64,000 nt of DNA, from the NCBI GenBank assembly GCA_963667845.2, contig CAXXVL010000002.1, positions 832,001 through 896,000 on the forward strand, given 5' to 3'. This document shows positions 1 through 11,990 of the stretch, in pieces (position 1 is the stretch's first letter; every line of letters starts with the position of its first letter). This stretch comes from Smithellaceae bacterium. GTDB taxonomy: Bacteria; Desulfobacterota; Syntrophia; Syntrophales; Smithellaceae. Made by a program: the position numbers and the translations under genes. Below the pieces are notes generated by a model. That model saw only the letters and a program-made list of their open reading frames with translations, was not told where the DNA came from and made no database searches.

Positions 1-778
1 ACAATTCACTTTCAATCAGCGTATCGGGAATCGCCGCGCAGTTTACCTGTACCAGCGGACCGCCTTTCCGCGGAGAATTATTATGAATAGCCCTGGCAAT
101 CAGTTCCTTGCCTGTACCCGTTTCGCCGCTAATCAAAACCGTCGTGTTGGAATCAGCGACCTGTGCGACCTGACCGAAAACCTCCTGCATTGCCTTGGAA
201 TGACCGATGATATCCATCGAAGGCGCGCGGGTTTCGCCGACAATTTTGCGCAAACGCCGATTTTCTTCTTCGAGCGCCCGAATATGGACTGCTTTGGCCA
301 TCAACTCGGCAACTGATGAGAGAATGGCAAGCTCTTTATCCAGATTTTCAACCTGCTTCGCTGCTTTATCTGCAGACAAAACGCCGACAACACCCCCGTC
401 ATAGATAATCGGAACGCATAAGAATGACAGTTCGGCCCGGTTCAGATGCCGCCTTGCACCAGTTCGATCGAGGAAATGTGTCTCCTGCCCGAGATTGGCC
501 ACTGCCATAGGCCGGCCGGTTTCCGCCACCTTACCGGTAATTCCTTCGCCGGGCTTATACGTGACATCCAGCCCATCTATATTGAAGTCGTGGGCGATAT
601 CCAGCCAGACCTCCTGCTTGTCGCGGTCTAAAAGCGAAATCATGCCGCGCTGCATCCCCAGACGCGAACTCATTTCGTTAAGAATTTGTTCCAGTTGATC
701 ACGTAGATCTCCCGGTTGTGCCAAGATTTTGGCAATGGCATGGAGAGCCGCCAATTCATCAAAATTGTGAATACTCAA
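1..778 (-). CDS. Sigma-54-dependent transcriptional activator, NifA-like (GAF + AAA+); 3' end runs off the window
   Basis: Not in the ORF track; translated by hand from TTG at 778: [18 protein letters not shown]...[15 protein letters not shown] (GAF)...[15 protein letters not shown] (Walker A)...[15 protein letters not shown]. Confidence 0.9.
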   Translation of the reverse strand, partial: MSIHNFDELAALHAIAKILAQPGDLRDQLEQILNEMSSRLGMQRGMISLLDRDKQEVWLDIAHDFNIDGLDVTYKPGEGITGKVAETGRPMAVANLGQETHFLDRTGARRHLNRAELSFLCVPIIYDGGVVGVLSADKAAKQVENLDKELAILSSVAELMAKAVHIRALEEENRRLRKIVGETRAPSMDIIGHSKAMQEVFGQVAQVADSNTTVLISGETGTGKELIARAIHNNSPRKGGPLVQVNCAAIPDTLIESEL

Positions 779-1049
779 TTTTTATCCCTTCTTTGAAGGT
801 GTTTCTGACTTATCTCACATCAGACCCAGGACCTTAACAATATCTTGTAACAAAATTGTCCAAATCACAACCTCTATTTTGTAAACTAAACATGACTGTG
901 CAAAGAGCAAACCAATTTTGGAACAAATGTGCGGAAAGCGACAAAGATTAATGGGCCGAGATGATAAGATAATGAATTAAAAAAGATTTTCTGAAAGGGA
1001 GTAGACGAATTCATTCCTTCCTGATTAGCTTAAGAAAGTAAGTCGTGAA

Positions 1050-1472
1050 TTAAGGGCGATTGGTTCTAGCGGCTCTTTTTAGCAGATGTTCCGCGTATTC
1101 CATGTCTATTCTCGTCGTGTGATTACGAACCCAGTCTTTCAGATAAACGACCATGTTAATTGCCAAATCCTGATCCCCTGCCTTGTAACTTTGAACAAAT
1201 TCTTCGACTTTTTCGATAAATTGCTGATGTTCTCGGCTGTGTGCCGCAAAACCGGGGAAGCTGGAATTCATCATTATAATATGTTCCTGATGGAAGTGAC
1301 CGGATATATATTCGATCAGGTTATTAAATACAGATAAAAAATCGCCGGAACCGCTCTCAAAAACATCTATGAGGTGATTAACCGTCTCAAAAAGCTTTTT
1401 GTGCTGATCATCAAGTATTTCCACATGAACACTATAAACCGGATCCCATTTGATGCGCTGCAGCTTTGTCAT
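1050..1472 (-). CDS. Bacteriohemerythrin
   Basis: W..YSV...ILDDQHKKL, HFHQEH, HSREH, WVRNHTTRID di-iron ligand pattern; likely start ATG 1472 with AGGAG upstream (track ORF runs to 1514). Confidence 0.9.
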   Translation of the reverse strand: MTKLQRIKWDPVYSVHVEILDDQHKKLFETVNHLIDVFESGSGDFLSVFNNLIEYISGHFHQEHIIMMNSSFPGFAAHSREHQQFIEKVEEFVQSYKAGDQDLAINMVVYLKDWVRNHTTRIDMEYAEHLLKRAARTNRP

Positions 1473-1569
1473 AACTTGTTGCTCCTTGTTCTTAAGCGTA
1501 TCATAAAAGAGCATTCTCGACCACTAAGAACAATTTTTTTCCATGAACTTTTTTATGTTCCCGACCGTC

Positions 1570-2370
1570 TTACCGGGCAGCCAGACTAAATACGGCTGTC
1601 TGGCAGTATTTCTTAAATCCGGCCTGCTCGTAGACATGCAACCCATCCGGAGACGACTGAAGCGTGGCATAACGGGCGCCGGCAACTCCAGCGTGACGCG
1701 TGGTTGCAAGTGTCAGTTCCAGACCAATACCTTCTTTTCTAAAGTCGACAAGAGTAGTGACGAAGTAGATACCCGCCGCCTTTCCATTCAAAAACAGCAG
1801 AGACGTACCCGCCGGTTTTCCATTAACTCTGGCCAGAAAGAATCTTTGCCGTGCATCATCGCGGAGATTGAATGCGCTTACGAACCGGTGGTATTGTTCT
1901 TTTGTATCTTGTCGAAAATCAAAACCGGCAAAAGAAACCTCTTCCCAGACACTCAGTTCTTCATGATCCCTCACACGGCTTACGGAGAAACCTTCAACAC
2001 GGGGTTCTTTATCAGGAATCGTGATCAAATCCGCAAGGAGCGATGGGATGTTTTCTACTAACGAGAAACCTTCCGATTCCAAAATTTCGATTGCTGCTTT
2101 TGTATGTGAACTTGGAAAGATCCACCACCAAAAAGGCAAACCGGCCTGGCGGTAGTTTTTCTTGACATCTTTAATTGTTCCTTTATCAAATAGCGTTAAT
2201 GGTTTTTCGCTCCAGGCCGCGTTGAGGTCTGCAGATCCGATGCCCGTCTGCGTCGCCCAGATTGGGCCTCTGTTATAGGGCGATGAAAGGAGGTTACCCC
2301 AGTACCGATAATTGGCAAAGAACGTATTTTCGATAATGGTTCCCGTTATGGACATGATGTGTTCGATCAA
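1570..2370 (-). CDS. GNAT family N-acetyltransferase
   Basis: C-terminal AGIYFVTTLVDFRKEGIG...LQSSPDGLHVYEQAGF; start uncertain. Confidence 0.85.
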   Translation of the reverse strand: MIEHIMSITGTIIENTFFANYRYWGNLLSSPYNRGPIWATQTGIGSADLNAAWSEKPLTLFDKGTIKDVKKNYRQAGLPFWWWIFPSSHTKAAIEILESEGFSLVENIPSLLADLITIPDKEPRVEGFSVSRVRDHEELSVWEEVSFAGFDFRQDTKEQYHRFVSAFNLRDDARQRFFLARVNGKPAGTSLLFLNGKAAGIYFVTTLVDFRKEGIGLELTLATTRHAGVAGARYATLQSSPDGLHVYEQAGFKKYCQTAVFSLAAR

Positions 2371-2602
2371 AAAAAGGACTTTATTCTATTTCTTTCAGGT
2401 TTTCCTTAAGTGGACGCATCTGGACAAGCCGAAATGCGGTTCGGTGATTGGATTCTCCTGAACGTACCCGACATTTATAAGATAGCCGCCGCTAACTTCA
2501 GTCTTTCAATTTTAAGCATCCTACGCGGATATGGTTAAGTCAATGGGCATCACCCTCACGTGATATCTGGATGCAGTTAATGCGTTCTCTTAGTGAAGTC
2601 AG

Positions 2603-3280
2603 TTATGTCGCAATGCGTGCTAATTGCGTCCAGCTGACGGTTTTCCAGCTCCGACTGACCACTGACAGGTTTCCCGAAGCCGGGTTCAGACCGCATTTTA
2701 AAGCAAAATAGCGGTGCAATACCAAACAACCTGTTAATTCAGGATGGAAGACGGTAACCAAAATGTTGTCACTTTCCGCCGCAGCTATATAATCGTCAAT
2801 CCTGAGCAGGACCTTAACAGCTTTTCCCGCGCTGAGAATTTTCGGCGCACGGATAAATGTTAACGGAATCGCCTCATCGGATACTACCTCGATAATGGCT
2901 TCACTTTTAAAACTGTCCAACTGGCTGCCAAAACTGTTGCGTTCGATTTCCATGTCCATCAAGCCCAGGCAGGATTTCTCGCCGACTACTCTGTCAGCCA
3001 GCAATATGGCACCCGCACAAGTACCCCAGATTTTCATGCCCTGAAGATAGTGCGCGCGGATCACATCTTTCAGCTCAAAGATATGAAGCAGCCGTGCCAG
3101 GCAGGTGCTTTCACCGCCGGGAATGATCAGTCCTGCGAGATCCGTAAAATCTTCAGCCTGTTTAACTTTTTTATAGGGAATGCCTAATCGTTCCAGATGT
3201 TCCAGATGTTCATGGACGCCGCCCTGTAAATCAAGAACACCCATGATCTGTGGTTGATGCCTGACTAAATGAACCGACAT
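2603..3280 (-). CDS. pdxT: Pyridoxal 5'-phosphate synthase glutaminase subunit
   Basis: GVLDLQG, IPGGEST, GTCAG, RNSFGSQLDSF, FIRAP, FHPE; adjacent to pdxS. Confidence 0.95.
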   Translation of the reverse strand: MSVHLVRHQPQIMGVLDLQGGVHEHLEHLERLGIPYKKVKQAEDFTDLAGLIIPGGESTCLARLLHIFELKDVIRAHYLQGMKIWGTCAGAILLADRVVGEKSCLGLMDMEIERNSFGSQLDSFKSEAIIEVVSDEAIPLTFIRAPKILSAGKAVKVLLRIDDYIAAAESDNILVTVFHPELTGCLVLHRYFALKCGLNPASGNLSVVSRSWKTVSWTQLARIAT

Positions 3281-3289
3281 AACGTTTCT

Positions 3290-4171
3290 TTACCAGCCCC
3301 GCTTCGCCAGAATCTGCTCCGGTGGAATCTGTCCGATTTCCAGTCCTGGCATGGCTTCGCCCAAACCCATCGATGCTTCCAGAACTTTTTGCGGATCATT
3401 GAAATAAGCAGTCGCCTTTACGATAGCCCGCGCACGCTTCGCCGGATCGGCAGATTTGAAAATGCCCGAACCGACAAAAACGCCGTCGCAGCCCAGCTGC
3501 ATCATCAGAGCCGCATCCGCGGGTGTAGCGATGCCGCCTGCGGCGAAATTAACGACGGGCAGGCGTCCCAATTCTTTGACTTTCAACGCCAATTCATAGG
3601 GCAAGCCGTTATTTTTCGCAAAACCGGTGACTTCCTCTACGGGCATTTGCGCCAGCTGACGGATTTCGCGATTCATGGTTCTCATGTGACGAACAGCTTC
3701 TACGACATTGCCGGTACCTGCCTCACCCTTGGTGCGGATCATCGCCGCGCCTTCCGCTATCCTGCGCAACGCCTCACCCAGGTTGCGTGCGCCGCAGACA
3801 AAGGGTATCGAAAATTTGGTTTTATCAATGTGGCATTCTTCATCGGCCGGTGTCAGAACTTCGCTTTCATCAATGTAATCTATCCGCAGGGCTTCCAGCA
3901 GTTGTGCCTCGACAAAATGACCGATTCTCGCCTTGGCCATCACCGGAATCGATACCGCCTTTTTGATGTCGGCAATCATCGCCGGATCGGACATTCTGGC
4001 CACACCGCCATCTTTGCGGATATCAGCCGGGACGCGTTCCAGCGCCATGACAGCGACAGCTCCGGCCTCTTGCGCGATCCTGGCCTGTTCTACATTGGTC
4101 ACATCCATAATAACGCCGCCTTTGAGCATCTGCGCCAACTGGACGTTTAATTCATATCTTTTTGAATCCAC
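3290..4171 (-). CDS. pdxS: Pyridoxal 5'-phosphate synthase lyase subunit
   Basis: [50 protein letters not shown]. Confidence 0.98.
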   Translation of the reverse strand: MDSKRYELNVQLAQMLKGGVIMDVTNVEQARIAQEAGAVAVMALERVPADIRKDGGVARMSDPAMIADIKKAVSIPVMAKARIGHFVEAQLLEALRIDYIDESEVLTPADEECHIDKTKFSIPFVCGARNLGEALRRIAEGAAMIRTKGEAGTGNVVEAVRHMRTMNREIRQLAQMPVEEVTGFAKNNGLPYELALKVKELGRLPVVNFAAGGIATPADAALMMQLGCDGVFVGSGIFKSADPAKRARAIVKATAYFNDPQKVLEASMGLGEAMPGLEIGQIPPEQILAKRGW

Positions 4172-4294
4172 TTTTTATACGCCTCCTGACTTATTAAAAT
4201 ATATCCCTGATGGTGTGCTTCACACATAGAATAATTTAATTAGCTGATATTAAGAATACAAATGGCATTTCGTCAAGTATAATAATTGATGCGA

Positions 4295-5074
4295 CTACCA
4301 GTACAGCCGGGTCTTGATCCGCTGATCACGAAGGTAATTTTTAATCTGCGATATAGTATACGTCCGGTAATGAACCATCGACGCGATGAGCGCCGCATCG
4401 GCCCTTCCCGCTGTGAGGACATCTGCCAGATGCTCAGGCTTCCCCGCACCGCCCGAGGCGATGACGGGAATGCGGACACTTTCAGAGATGAGCGCCGTTA
4501 AATTGAGCTCGTAACCGATTTGCATACCGTCGGCGTCAATGGAATTGAGGCAGATTTCTCCGGCGCCGCGGCGTTCTCCTTCTTTGGCCCACCACAGAGC
4601 ATCAATGCCGGTGAATTTCCGTCCGCCCTCAATGACAATTTCGTAACCGGAAGGGGTCTCTTTGCAAACATCAACTTTTTTCACGTCCATTCCCAGGACG
4701 ACACACTGGCTGCCAAACGCCCGGGCTCCCTGCGAGATGATATCCGGTTCGAGAACGGCGGCGGAGTTAACACTTACCTTTTCCGCGCCGGCCAAAATGA
4801 CCCGCCGCATATCTTCGAGATTACGGATGCCGCCGCCCACGGAAAAAGGTATGAAAATAGTTTCCGCCACACGCCTCACGACGTCGATCATAATATCGCG
4901 CTTATCGGACGAAGCGGTGATGTCGTAGAAGACAATTTCATCCGCTCCCTGTTCATAGTATTCGCGGGCGGCTTCCACCGGATCGCCGATATCTACGTTG
5001 CCTTTAAACTTGATGCCTTTGGTCAGTCTGCCGTCGCGCACATCAAGGCAGGGAATAATGCGTTTAGAGATCAT
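4295..5074 (-). CDS. hisF: Imidazole glycerol phosphate synthase cyclase subunit
   Basis: [29 protein letters not shown]. Confidence 0.97.
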   Translation of the reverse strand: MISKRIIPCLDVRDGRLTKGIKFKGNVDIGDPVEAAREYYEQGADEIVFYDITASSDKRDIMIDVVRRVAETIFIPFSVGGGIRNLEDMRRVILAGAEKVSVNSAAVLEPDIISQGARAFGSQCVVLGMDVKKVDVCKETPSGYEIVIEGGRKFTGIDALWWAKEGERRGAGEICLNSIDADGMQIGYELNLTALISESVRIPVIASGGAGKPEHLADVLTAGRADAALIASMVHYRTYTISQIKNYLRDQRIKTRLYW

Positions 5075-5696
5075 TGCCCCTCCATGCGCAGAAATTTTTC
5101 AGAATTTGCAGCCCCGGCGTGCCGCTTTTTTCCGGGTGGAATTGCATGGCGACCAGATTCTTTACCGCGAGGACAGAACAAAAGTTTATGCCATATTCCG
5201 TTGTGCCCAGAACGGCAGATTCATCGGATGGCGCGGGATAATAGGAATGGACAAAATAATACTCAGCCGCCGGTTCGATACCCGCAAACACCGGATGCTG
5301 ATATTTGAAAGCCACGCTGTTCCAGCCCATGTGTGGTATTTTCAGATTCCGGCCCGCAGCCTGTAAATTTTCAGGAAAACGTCTGGTTGATCCGGCAACG
5401 AGTCCGACGCACCGAGTGTCGTTCTCTTCGGAATAGTCCATAATGATCTGCGTACCCAGGCAAATGCCCATGATCGGCTTTCCGGACTGAAAGCAGGTCT
5501 TCAGCCAGCTGTCTAAATTTCTTTGCTGCAGATAAGCCATCGCTTCACCGGCCGCGCCGACGCCGGGAAAAATCACATGCGACGCCGCTTCGAGCTTTTT
5601 TGTATCAGCTGTAATAACAAATTTCTGCTCGATGTTGTGCAGTGCTCGCGCGACACTGGTAATGTTTCCCGCGTTGTAATCAATAATTGCAATCAT
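5064..5696 (-). CDS. hisH: Imidazole glycerol phosphate synthase glutaminase subunit
   Basis: [36 protein letters not shown]; overlaps hisF start. Confidence 0.97.
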   Translation of the reverse strand: MIAIIDYNAGNITSVARALHNIEQKFVITADTKKLEAASHVIFPGVGAAGEAMAYLQQRNLDSWLKTCFQSGKPIMGICLGTQIIMDYSEENDTRCVGLVAGSTRRFPENLQAAGRNLKIPHMGWNSVAFKYQHPVFAGIEPAAEYYFVHSYYPAPSDESAVLGTTEYGINFCSVLAVKNLVAMQFHPEKSGTPGLQILKNFCAWRGNDL

Positions 5697-5761
5697 CTAT
5701 TCACACTTTGAATGAAGTTACCCGCAAAGTCTCTAGCAACATTTGTGCTAACTTCCAACTT

Positions 5762-6703
5762 TTATTTCGCATCCTTAATATAATGCTTACCCTGATGACT
5801 GTCGCGACGCTCCAATTCTGTGTTAATTGCGTTTAGCACACTAAGCTTATTGGCCGCCCAGGCAGGGGCGAGGAAGATATCCCGGTAACCGTCGGCTGTC
5901 AGGCGCTGGATCACCATTTCCGGCGGCAGGACTTCCAGCACATCAGCCGTGAGCGTCACATATTTATCCTTTGAAATCAGAGGAATTGATCCTTTTTTAT
6001 ACATCTCACCCATTGCTGTGCCATTGAGAGCCAGAAGCGAATGAATTTTGATGCCATTTATCGGCAAAGCAGCCAGGGCCTTTGCCGTTATCCGTACATC
6101 TTCGTCATTTTCGCCCGGTAAGCCGATGATAATGTGGACACAAATGTTCAGTCCCGCACCGCTAAGTGCACTCAGCGCATCCAGAAACTGCTGATAATTG
6201 TGGCCGCGGTTGATGAATGTTAAGGTTTTGTCATGAACCGACTGCAGGCCCAATTCGACCCAGATGTGATATTTCCTGGCATAACCGGCTAAAAGCTCGA
6301 CGACATCCGGCCCCAGGCAGTCCGGCCGTGTGCCGATGGAAAGTCCGATGACGTCTTCCTGGGACAGTGCTTCGTTATAAAGCTCCCGCAATTTTGCCAC
6401 CGGCGCGTAGGTATTGGTGAATGTCTGAAAGTAGGCAACAAATTTAGAGGCGGACGGTTTATAATATTTCTTACCGGATATTATTTGTTCGGCTACTGAA
6501 GGAAGCGGCCCCTGCTGCCGGAGCTTCGATCCCCGGCCATCACAGTAAATACAACCGCCTGCGGCCAGGCGCCCGTCGCGGTTGGGACAGGTAAAGCCGG
6601 CGTCGATCTGCAGCTTGTGAATCGTGCAGCCGAACAAGTTGCGCCAGTAACTTTTCAGATCGTAATATCGCTTATTGTTTTTCCAGAACTCCGGCTTGGC
6701 CAA
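5762..6703 (-). CDS. TIGR01212/YhcC-family radical SAM protein
   Basis: GFTCPNRDG...[32 protein letters not shown]; likely TTG start at 6703. Confidence 0.9.
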   Translation of the reverse strand: MAKPEFWKNNKRYYDLKSYWRNLFGCTIHKLQIDAGFTCPNRDGRLAAGGCIYCDGRGSKLRQQGPLPSVAEQIISGKKYYKPSASKFVAYFQTFTNTYAPVAKLRELYNEALSQEDVIGLSIGTRPDCLGPDVVELLAGYARKYHIWVELGLQSVHDKTLTFINRGHNYQQFLDALSALSGAGLNICVHIIIGLPGENDEDVRITAKALAALPINGIKIHSLLALNGTAMGEMYKKGSIPLISKDKYVTLTADVLEVLPPEMVIQRLTADGYRDIFLAPAWAANKLSVLNAINTELERRDSHQGKHYIKDAK

Positions 6704-6791
6704 GGCTGCCTCTTTTTTTATGTTGTGTTTTTTTTGCCGCAATACTATTAAATCATCCGAAGCGCAAGCATTTGGTTTTTGGAGAGAAATA

Positions 6792-8690
6792 GTGACGGAT
6801 CAATATGACATACTGGTGATCGGTGGCGGACATGCCGGCTGCGAGGCGGCGCTGGCTGCAGCGCGCATGGGCTGCAAAACGCTGCTGTTTAATATCAATC
6901 TCGATTCCATCGCGCTGATGTCCTGCAATCCTGCCATCGGCGGCCTGGCGAAGGGTCAGCTCGTGAAAGAAATCGACGCTCTGGGCGGTGAGATGGGTAA
7001 AATCACGGATAAAACCGCTGTTCACTTCCGATTGCTCAATGCCTCCAAAGGCCCGGCAGTCCAGTCCTCCCGGATGCAGTGCGATAAACAGCTTTATCGC
7101 CTGACCATGAAAACGACTGTGGAAAATCAGCAAAACCTTTATATCCGTCAGGCCATGGTCGAAAGTCTGGTCATCGAAAACGATGAAATCAGGGGGGCAT
7201 TGGATTCCAGCGGTTTTTTCTACGGGGCCCAAAAAGTCATCATTACGACGGGGACTTTTTTAAACGGCCTGGTGCACATCGGCACATCACAAACACAGTC
7301 CGGACGCGCCGGAGAACTGGCCTCCGTCGGCCTGGCCGATCAGCTCAAGGCCCTCGGCTTTGAAACAGGACGAATGAAGACCGGTACGCCGCCCCGCCTG
7401 CGCGCATCGTCTATCGACTTTTCCTGCCTGGAGCGGCAGGACAGCGATCCCGATCCCGCGCCTTTTTCATTCACCACAAAGGCGCTCAGGCCGGAACGTC
7501 TGCCTTCTTACTTTTCGTCGACATCCGCCGAAACCCATCGTGTGATTCGCGACAACATCCAGCATTCTCCTCTTTACTCCGGCGTGATTAAGGGGATCGG
7601 TGCCCGTTACTGCCCGTCACTCGAAGATAAGGTCATGCGCTTTGGTGACCGGCAGAGCCATCCGGTCGTTCTGGAACATGAAGGCCTCGACACACAGGAA
7701 ATTTATGCCAAGGGTCTGGGCAACTCGCTCCCGCTGGAATTGCAGTATCAGATCGTTCACAGCGTGCGGGGGCTTACGCAGGCCGAGATCATGCGACCCG
7801 CTTACGCCATTGAATATGACTTCGTTCAGCCCAGCCAGCTCAAGCTCACGCTGGAGACGAAATTGATTTCCGGCCTGTACCTGGCCGGTCAGATCAACGG
7901 TACGTCCGGGTATGAAGAAGCGGCGGCGCAGGGCCTCTGGGCCGGGGTCAATGCCGCCCGGGCTTTGCAGGGCGCGCCTCCTTTTGTACTGGACCGCTCT
8001 GAGGCTTACATGGCGGTAATGATCGACGATCTCGTCACGCGCGGCGTGGATGAACCTTATCGCATGTTTACATCGCGCGCCGAGTACCGCCTGATCCTGC
8101 GTGAAGACAACGCGGTTATTCGCCTGATGGGTAAGGGTGTCGAGCTGGGATTAATAGACCGGACGCATTATGCCGACCTTCAGAAAAGAATGAAGAAGAT
8201 CGAACAGGGTATCGCGCATCTCAAAATGTCGCCGGTCAAGCCATCGCCGGAAATCAACAAGAAGCTGACCGCATTGTCATCCCCGCCAATCACCCAGGCC
8301 ACGAATCTGCATGCTCTTTTGAAGCGATATGAAATCGTTTACGATGATTTGAATGGTTTTTCGGGCTGGGAACCCGAGGAGGATGACTTCGTCAGAAAGC
8401 AAATTGAAATAGAAACGAAGTATGAAGGCTATATTAAGCGCCAGTTCGAAGCGACAAAGAAATTGAAAGATCAGGAAAAGAAGAAAATCCCCGCGGACTT
8501 TGATTACTCGAAAGTTCCCGGGCTTTCCAATGAGCTGCAAACGAAGCTCACCCGCGTCGCTCCCGCCACTATCGGCCAGATGGAGCGCATCCCGGGCATG
8601 ACGGAAGGAGCAATTTCGGCCGTCCTGATCATGATGAAAAAGCAGGAACTTATCAGGGATGGGAAAAAGGGTAGTGACGAGACCTTGTAG
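6792..8690 (+). CDS. mnmG: tRNA uridine-5-carboxymethylaminomethyl(34) synthesis enzyme MnmG/GidA
   Basis: [71 protein letters not shown] start at 6792 after GGAG. Confidence 0.98.
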   Translation: MTDQYDILVIGGGHAGCEAALAAARMGCKTLLFNINLDSIALMSCNPAIGGLAKGQLVKEIDALGGEMGKITDKTAVHFRLLNASKGPAVQSSRMQCDKQLYRLTMKTTVENQQNLYIRQAMVESLVIENDEIRGALDSSGFFYGAQKVIITTGTFLNGLVHIGTSQTQSGRAGELASVGLADQLKALGFETGRMKTGTPPRLRASSIDFSCLERQDSDPDPAPFSFTTKALRPERLPSYFSSTSAETHRVIRDNIQHSPLYSGVIKGIGARYCPSLEDKVMRFGDRQSHPVVLEHEGLDTQEIYAKGLGNSLPLELQYQIVHSVRGLTQAEIMRPAYAIEYDFVQPSQLKLTLETKLISGLYLAGQINGTSGYEEAAAQGLWAGVNAARALQGAPPFVLDRSEAYMAVMIDDLVTRGVDEPYRMFTSRAEYRLILREDNAVIRLMGKGVELGLIDRTHYADLQKRMKKIEQGIAHLKMSPVKPSPEINKKLTALSSPPITQATNLHALLKRYEIVYDDLNGFSGWEPEEDDFVRKQIEIETKYEGYIKRQFEATKKLKDQEKKKIPADFDYSKVPGLSNELQTKLTRVAPATIGQMERIPGMTEGAISAVLIMMKKQELIRDGKKGSDETL

Positions 8691-8726
8691 ATTACTCAGA
8701 GTTTTCCAAAAATAGGACCTGACTGG

Positions 8727-9503
8727 ATGCCCATGAAGACAGCTTCTTTATTTATTCCCTGCATAGTCGACCTGTTTCTTCCGGAAATCGGTGAGGCGGC
8801 TTATCGCCTTCTGCGATCATTAGGCACGAATCCGATCTATCACCCGGCCCAGACATGCTGCGGGCAGCCCGCCATCAACGCAGGTTACACGGAGCAGGCT
8901 CGCAAGGCAGCTAAGCATTTTATAGACGTCTTCGGTAATGACGAGGTCGTGGTCAGTCCATCCGGCTCCTGCGTTTGCACTGTCAAAGATCACTATCCCA
9001 AACTACTCTGCGATGAGCCGGTATGGCTCAGACGGGCCAAGGAACTATCCGGTCGAATCTATGAACTTTCCCAGTATATCGTGGATGTCCTGGGTATTGA
9101 AGACTGCGGCGCTAGTTTCAACGGTAAAGTTGCTTATCATGAATCCTGCCATGTCCTCCGCGGACTGGGTGTATCCGCTCAGCCCAGGAAATTGATCTCC
9201 AGGGTGAAAGGTACGGAACTTGTCGCCCTGAGAGGAGCGGAAAGCTGTTGTGGATTCGGTGGCGAATTTGCCAACGCTTACCCCGACATTTCCACAGCGA
9301 TGGTGCAGGAGAAGTGCGACAACTATCTCGAAAGCGGCGCGGATATTCTAATCTTATGCGAACCGGGCTGCCTTTTGAATATCGGTGGATACCTGAGCCG
9401 CAATTACCCGGATAAGAAGGTTATGCATTTGGCGCAGTTTCTGGAAACCTCCCTGTCTCCGGCTAATAAGCTCCTGAACTGCGAGAAGAAAAATGGAAAT
9501 TAA
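8727..9503 (+). CDS. lutA: Lactate utilisation protein A (CCG-domain Fe-S subunit, LldE-like)
   Basis: QTCCGQPA, PSGSC, YHESCH, CCGFGG, GCLLNIGG. Confidence 0.85.
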   Translation: MPMKTASLFIPCIVDLFLPEIGEAAYRLLRSLGTNPIYHPAQTCCGQPAINAGYTEQARKAAKHFIDVFGNDEVVVSPSGSCVCTVKDHYPKLLCDEPVWLRRAKELSGRIYELSQYIVDVLGIEDCGASFNGKVAYHESCHVLRGLGVSAQPRKLISRVKGTELVALRGAESCCGFGGEFANAYPDISTAMVQEKCDNYLESGADILILCEPGCLLNIGGYLSRNYPDKKVMHLAQFLETSLSPANKLLNCEKKNGN

Positions 9504-10920
9504 GACGGATCAATTTGTCGCCATAGCCAATCGGGAGCTGAAAAACACCCGCAGCCGAATGTTTTTAAGCCGGCTGGCACCTTACTTTACCAAATCTTGT
9601 ATGGAGGCTATGAAGACATTTCCGGAGCCGAAAGCAGCAATTGAATATGGCCGGGCGATCCGGGCTGATGTCATTGCCCGCCTCCCTGAGTTGCTCCGGG
9701 AATTCGAAAAGAATGCCGCGGCGTGCGGAGCGCAGGTGATTTGGGCAAAAAGCGCCGCCGAGGCCAACCAGTTTGTTTTAAGCCTGGCCAGAAAGAACGG
9801 CGTCAAATACGTTACCAAAGGCAAATCGATGGTGACGGAGGAAATGGGATTAAACGATTATCTCAAGCAAAACGGCATCGAACCATTTGAAACCGACCTG
9901 GGCGAATTCATCATTCAACTACTGGATCGCCCGCCGTTTCACATCGTAGGCCCCGCCATTAATCTGCCGGTAGAAGAGATTCGTGATTTGTTCCTTGCCC
10001 AGGGTATCCTTGCCGAACCGACGACTGATCGGATCAAGTTGGGTGCGGCGGCCCGTGTTTATCTGCGCGATAAGTTCTGCCATCTGCGAATGGGCATCAC
10101 GGGAGTCAATATGGCCGTTGCAGATACCGGTGCGATTATCAATGTGGAAAACGAAGGCAATATCCGCCTCACCAAGTCGTCGCCAAAAATACAGGTCTCG
10201 ATTATGACCTTGGAGAAGGTCGTTCCGACAATGGCGGACGCCATGCATATCACCAGGCTCTTGTGCCGTCATTGTACGGGGCAGAAACTCTCGTCCTATG
10301 TGTCCATTGACTGCGGCCCGAAAAAGCTAGGCGAGGTCGATGGTCCCGAAGAACTTTACATTATCATTCTGGATAACGGACGCTCGGAAATCTATCAGGA
10401 TCCTAAGGGCCGCGAAGCCCTCCGCTGTATCCGCTGTGGAGCCTGCCTCAATGCCTGCCCCGTATACGGTAAAATCGGTGGCTACCCTTATGGCTGGGCT
10501 TATTCCGGTCCGATGGGCCAGATGCTCAATCCGCTTTTGTTAGGGTTGGATAAGACCTATGATCTATACCACGCCACGACGCTTTGCGGTGCGTGCAAAG
10601 AGGTCTGTCCGGCGGGTATTGATCATCCTGGTTTGTTTCTCCAATCCCGGGCCAGGCATGTGCAACAAAAGGGTTTGAAGAAAGTAATCCCCGACAGGCA
10701 GGCAGCTTTCTTCTTCTTGTTCGGATGGGGAATTGCCAGTGGCGGAAGATGGAGGCTTGGCGTCAAACTGTTGAGACCGTTTGTTAATCGTTATGCTAAA
10801 GACGGTGTAATCAAGAAAATGCTCAAGCCCCTGGACGGCTGGTTCAAATCGCGAAACTTGCCCGCGCTGGCCGGACAGACATTTCATGAACGGTGGGAAA
10901 AAATCAGGCAGGACAAATAG
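9493..10920 (+). CDS. lutB: Lactate utilisation protein B (LUD + 4Fe-4S, LldF-like)
   Basis: KGKSMVTEE, ETDLGEFIIQL, ENEGN, CIRCGACLNACP, LCGACKEVCP. Confidence 0.88.
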   Translation: MEIKTDQFVAIANRELKNTRSRMFLSRLAPYFTKSCMEAMKTFPEPKAAIEYGRAIRADVIARLPELLREFEKNAAACGAQVIWAKSAAEANQFVLSLARKNGVKYVTKGKSMVTEEMGLNDYLKQNGIEPFETDLGEFIIQLLDRPPFHIVGPAINLPVEEIRDLFLAQGILAEPTTDRIKLGAAARVYLRDKFCHLRMGITGVNMAVADTGAIINVENEGNIRLTKSSPKIQVSIMTLEKVVPTMADAMHITRLLCRHCTGQKLSSYVSIDCGPKKLGEVDGPEELYIIILDNGRSEIYQDPKGREALRCIRCGACLNACPVYGKIGGYPYGWAYSGPMGQMLNPLLLGLDKTYDLYHATTLCGACKEVCPAGIDHPGLFLQSRARHVQQKGLKKVIPDRQAAFFFLFGWGIASGGRWRLGVKLLRPFVNRYAKDGVIKKMLKPLDGWFKSRNLPALAGQTFHERWEKIRQDK

Positions 10921-10998
10921 TGAGGGTGTCGCCGGCTATACAGCACATTGTTTAAGAAACCGTTTGCTGCGCATTGATTGTGATTAGATGGAAAAACC

Positions 10999-11670
10999 AT
11001 GACCAAAGAAATTAGAGAAAAAATATTGAAAAGGCTCGAAGGCGCAACTAGAGGTCGGGCAAAACCGCGACCTTATTTACCTCCTTTGCCTGACTTGTCA
11101 TTGAGTTGTGAAGAGCTGGTCGTTCATTTTTCGGAAAATGTCACTTTGCAAACCGGCGTTGTTTATCGCGTAAAGGGCGAAGAAGAAGTAAGAGCAAAGC
11201 TTTCGGAGATAGCGACCCTGGAGAATCTCTCAACAATCATGGTCTCCACTGATCCCGTCACGGCGTCCCTGAAACTGCCGGAATGGGGAAAAGGTGCAGG
11301 CATCGAAGTACTGACGGCGAAAGACTTCGCGAACGTTGAAGCATATAAGGATTCCGTCTTCAACAAAGTTCAGGCGGGAGTGACGGGCCTGGATTATGCC
11401 GTCGCCGAATCGGGCACCATCTGTCTCATTCACGACAAGGATCAGCCGCGTCTTCTTTCCATTGCTCCTGTCCTGCACATTGCCGTACTTCCCGTCAGGA
11501 GGCTTTTCGCGGTTTATGAAGACGTCACGGATCGCGTTTTTGCCGGCAAAAGTAATCCACCGGGTCATTTTACATTAATCACAGGTCCCAGCATGACCGC
11601 CGACATCCAGGGCGGCCAATTCAAAGGCATGCATGGCCCGGCGAAATTGATCGTGATCATCATCGGGTGA
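10999..11670 (+). CDS. lutC: Lactate utilisation protein C (LUD domain, LldG-like)
   Basis: AVAESGT, RLLSIAP, LITGPSMTADIQ, GMHGP. Confidence 0.85.
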   Translation: MTKEIREKILKRLEGATRGRAKPRPYLPPLPDLSLSCEELVVHFSENVTLQTGVVYRVKGEEEVRAKLSEIATLENLSTIMVSTDPVTASLKLPEWGKGAGIEVLTAKDFANVEAYKDSVFNKVQAGVTGLDYAVAESGTICLIHDKDQPRLLSIAPVLHIAVLPVRRLFAVYEDVTDRVFAGKSNPPGHFTLITGPSMTADIQGGQFKGMHGPAKLIVIIIG

Positions 11671-11990
11671 GAAAGCCGGAACAGTTTTAATCAATATTCC
11701 GGAGGCCATAAGCTAAGAGTATTTACGTCGGAAACGTTAATCCTCCTGTTCGTCAGGTTGGTTTTCTAAAGCATTAACAAGGGGCAGATATGACGATTGA
11801 GGTTGATAGCGGGCCAAGTGATGATATTATTCCTCAATAGCGCTCCTTTGAGTTTATTTAGATCGTCATAAATTCTTCTTTCAGTTGACAACCTGCTGAA
11901 TGGCTTACATATTAGACCTTCAGATGAATTGTTATCAAATGCCACGGATTTGATCTTATTCCGGGATTTCATTTCGCAAGGGAGGCGGTC

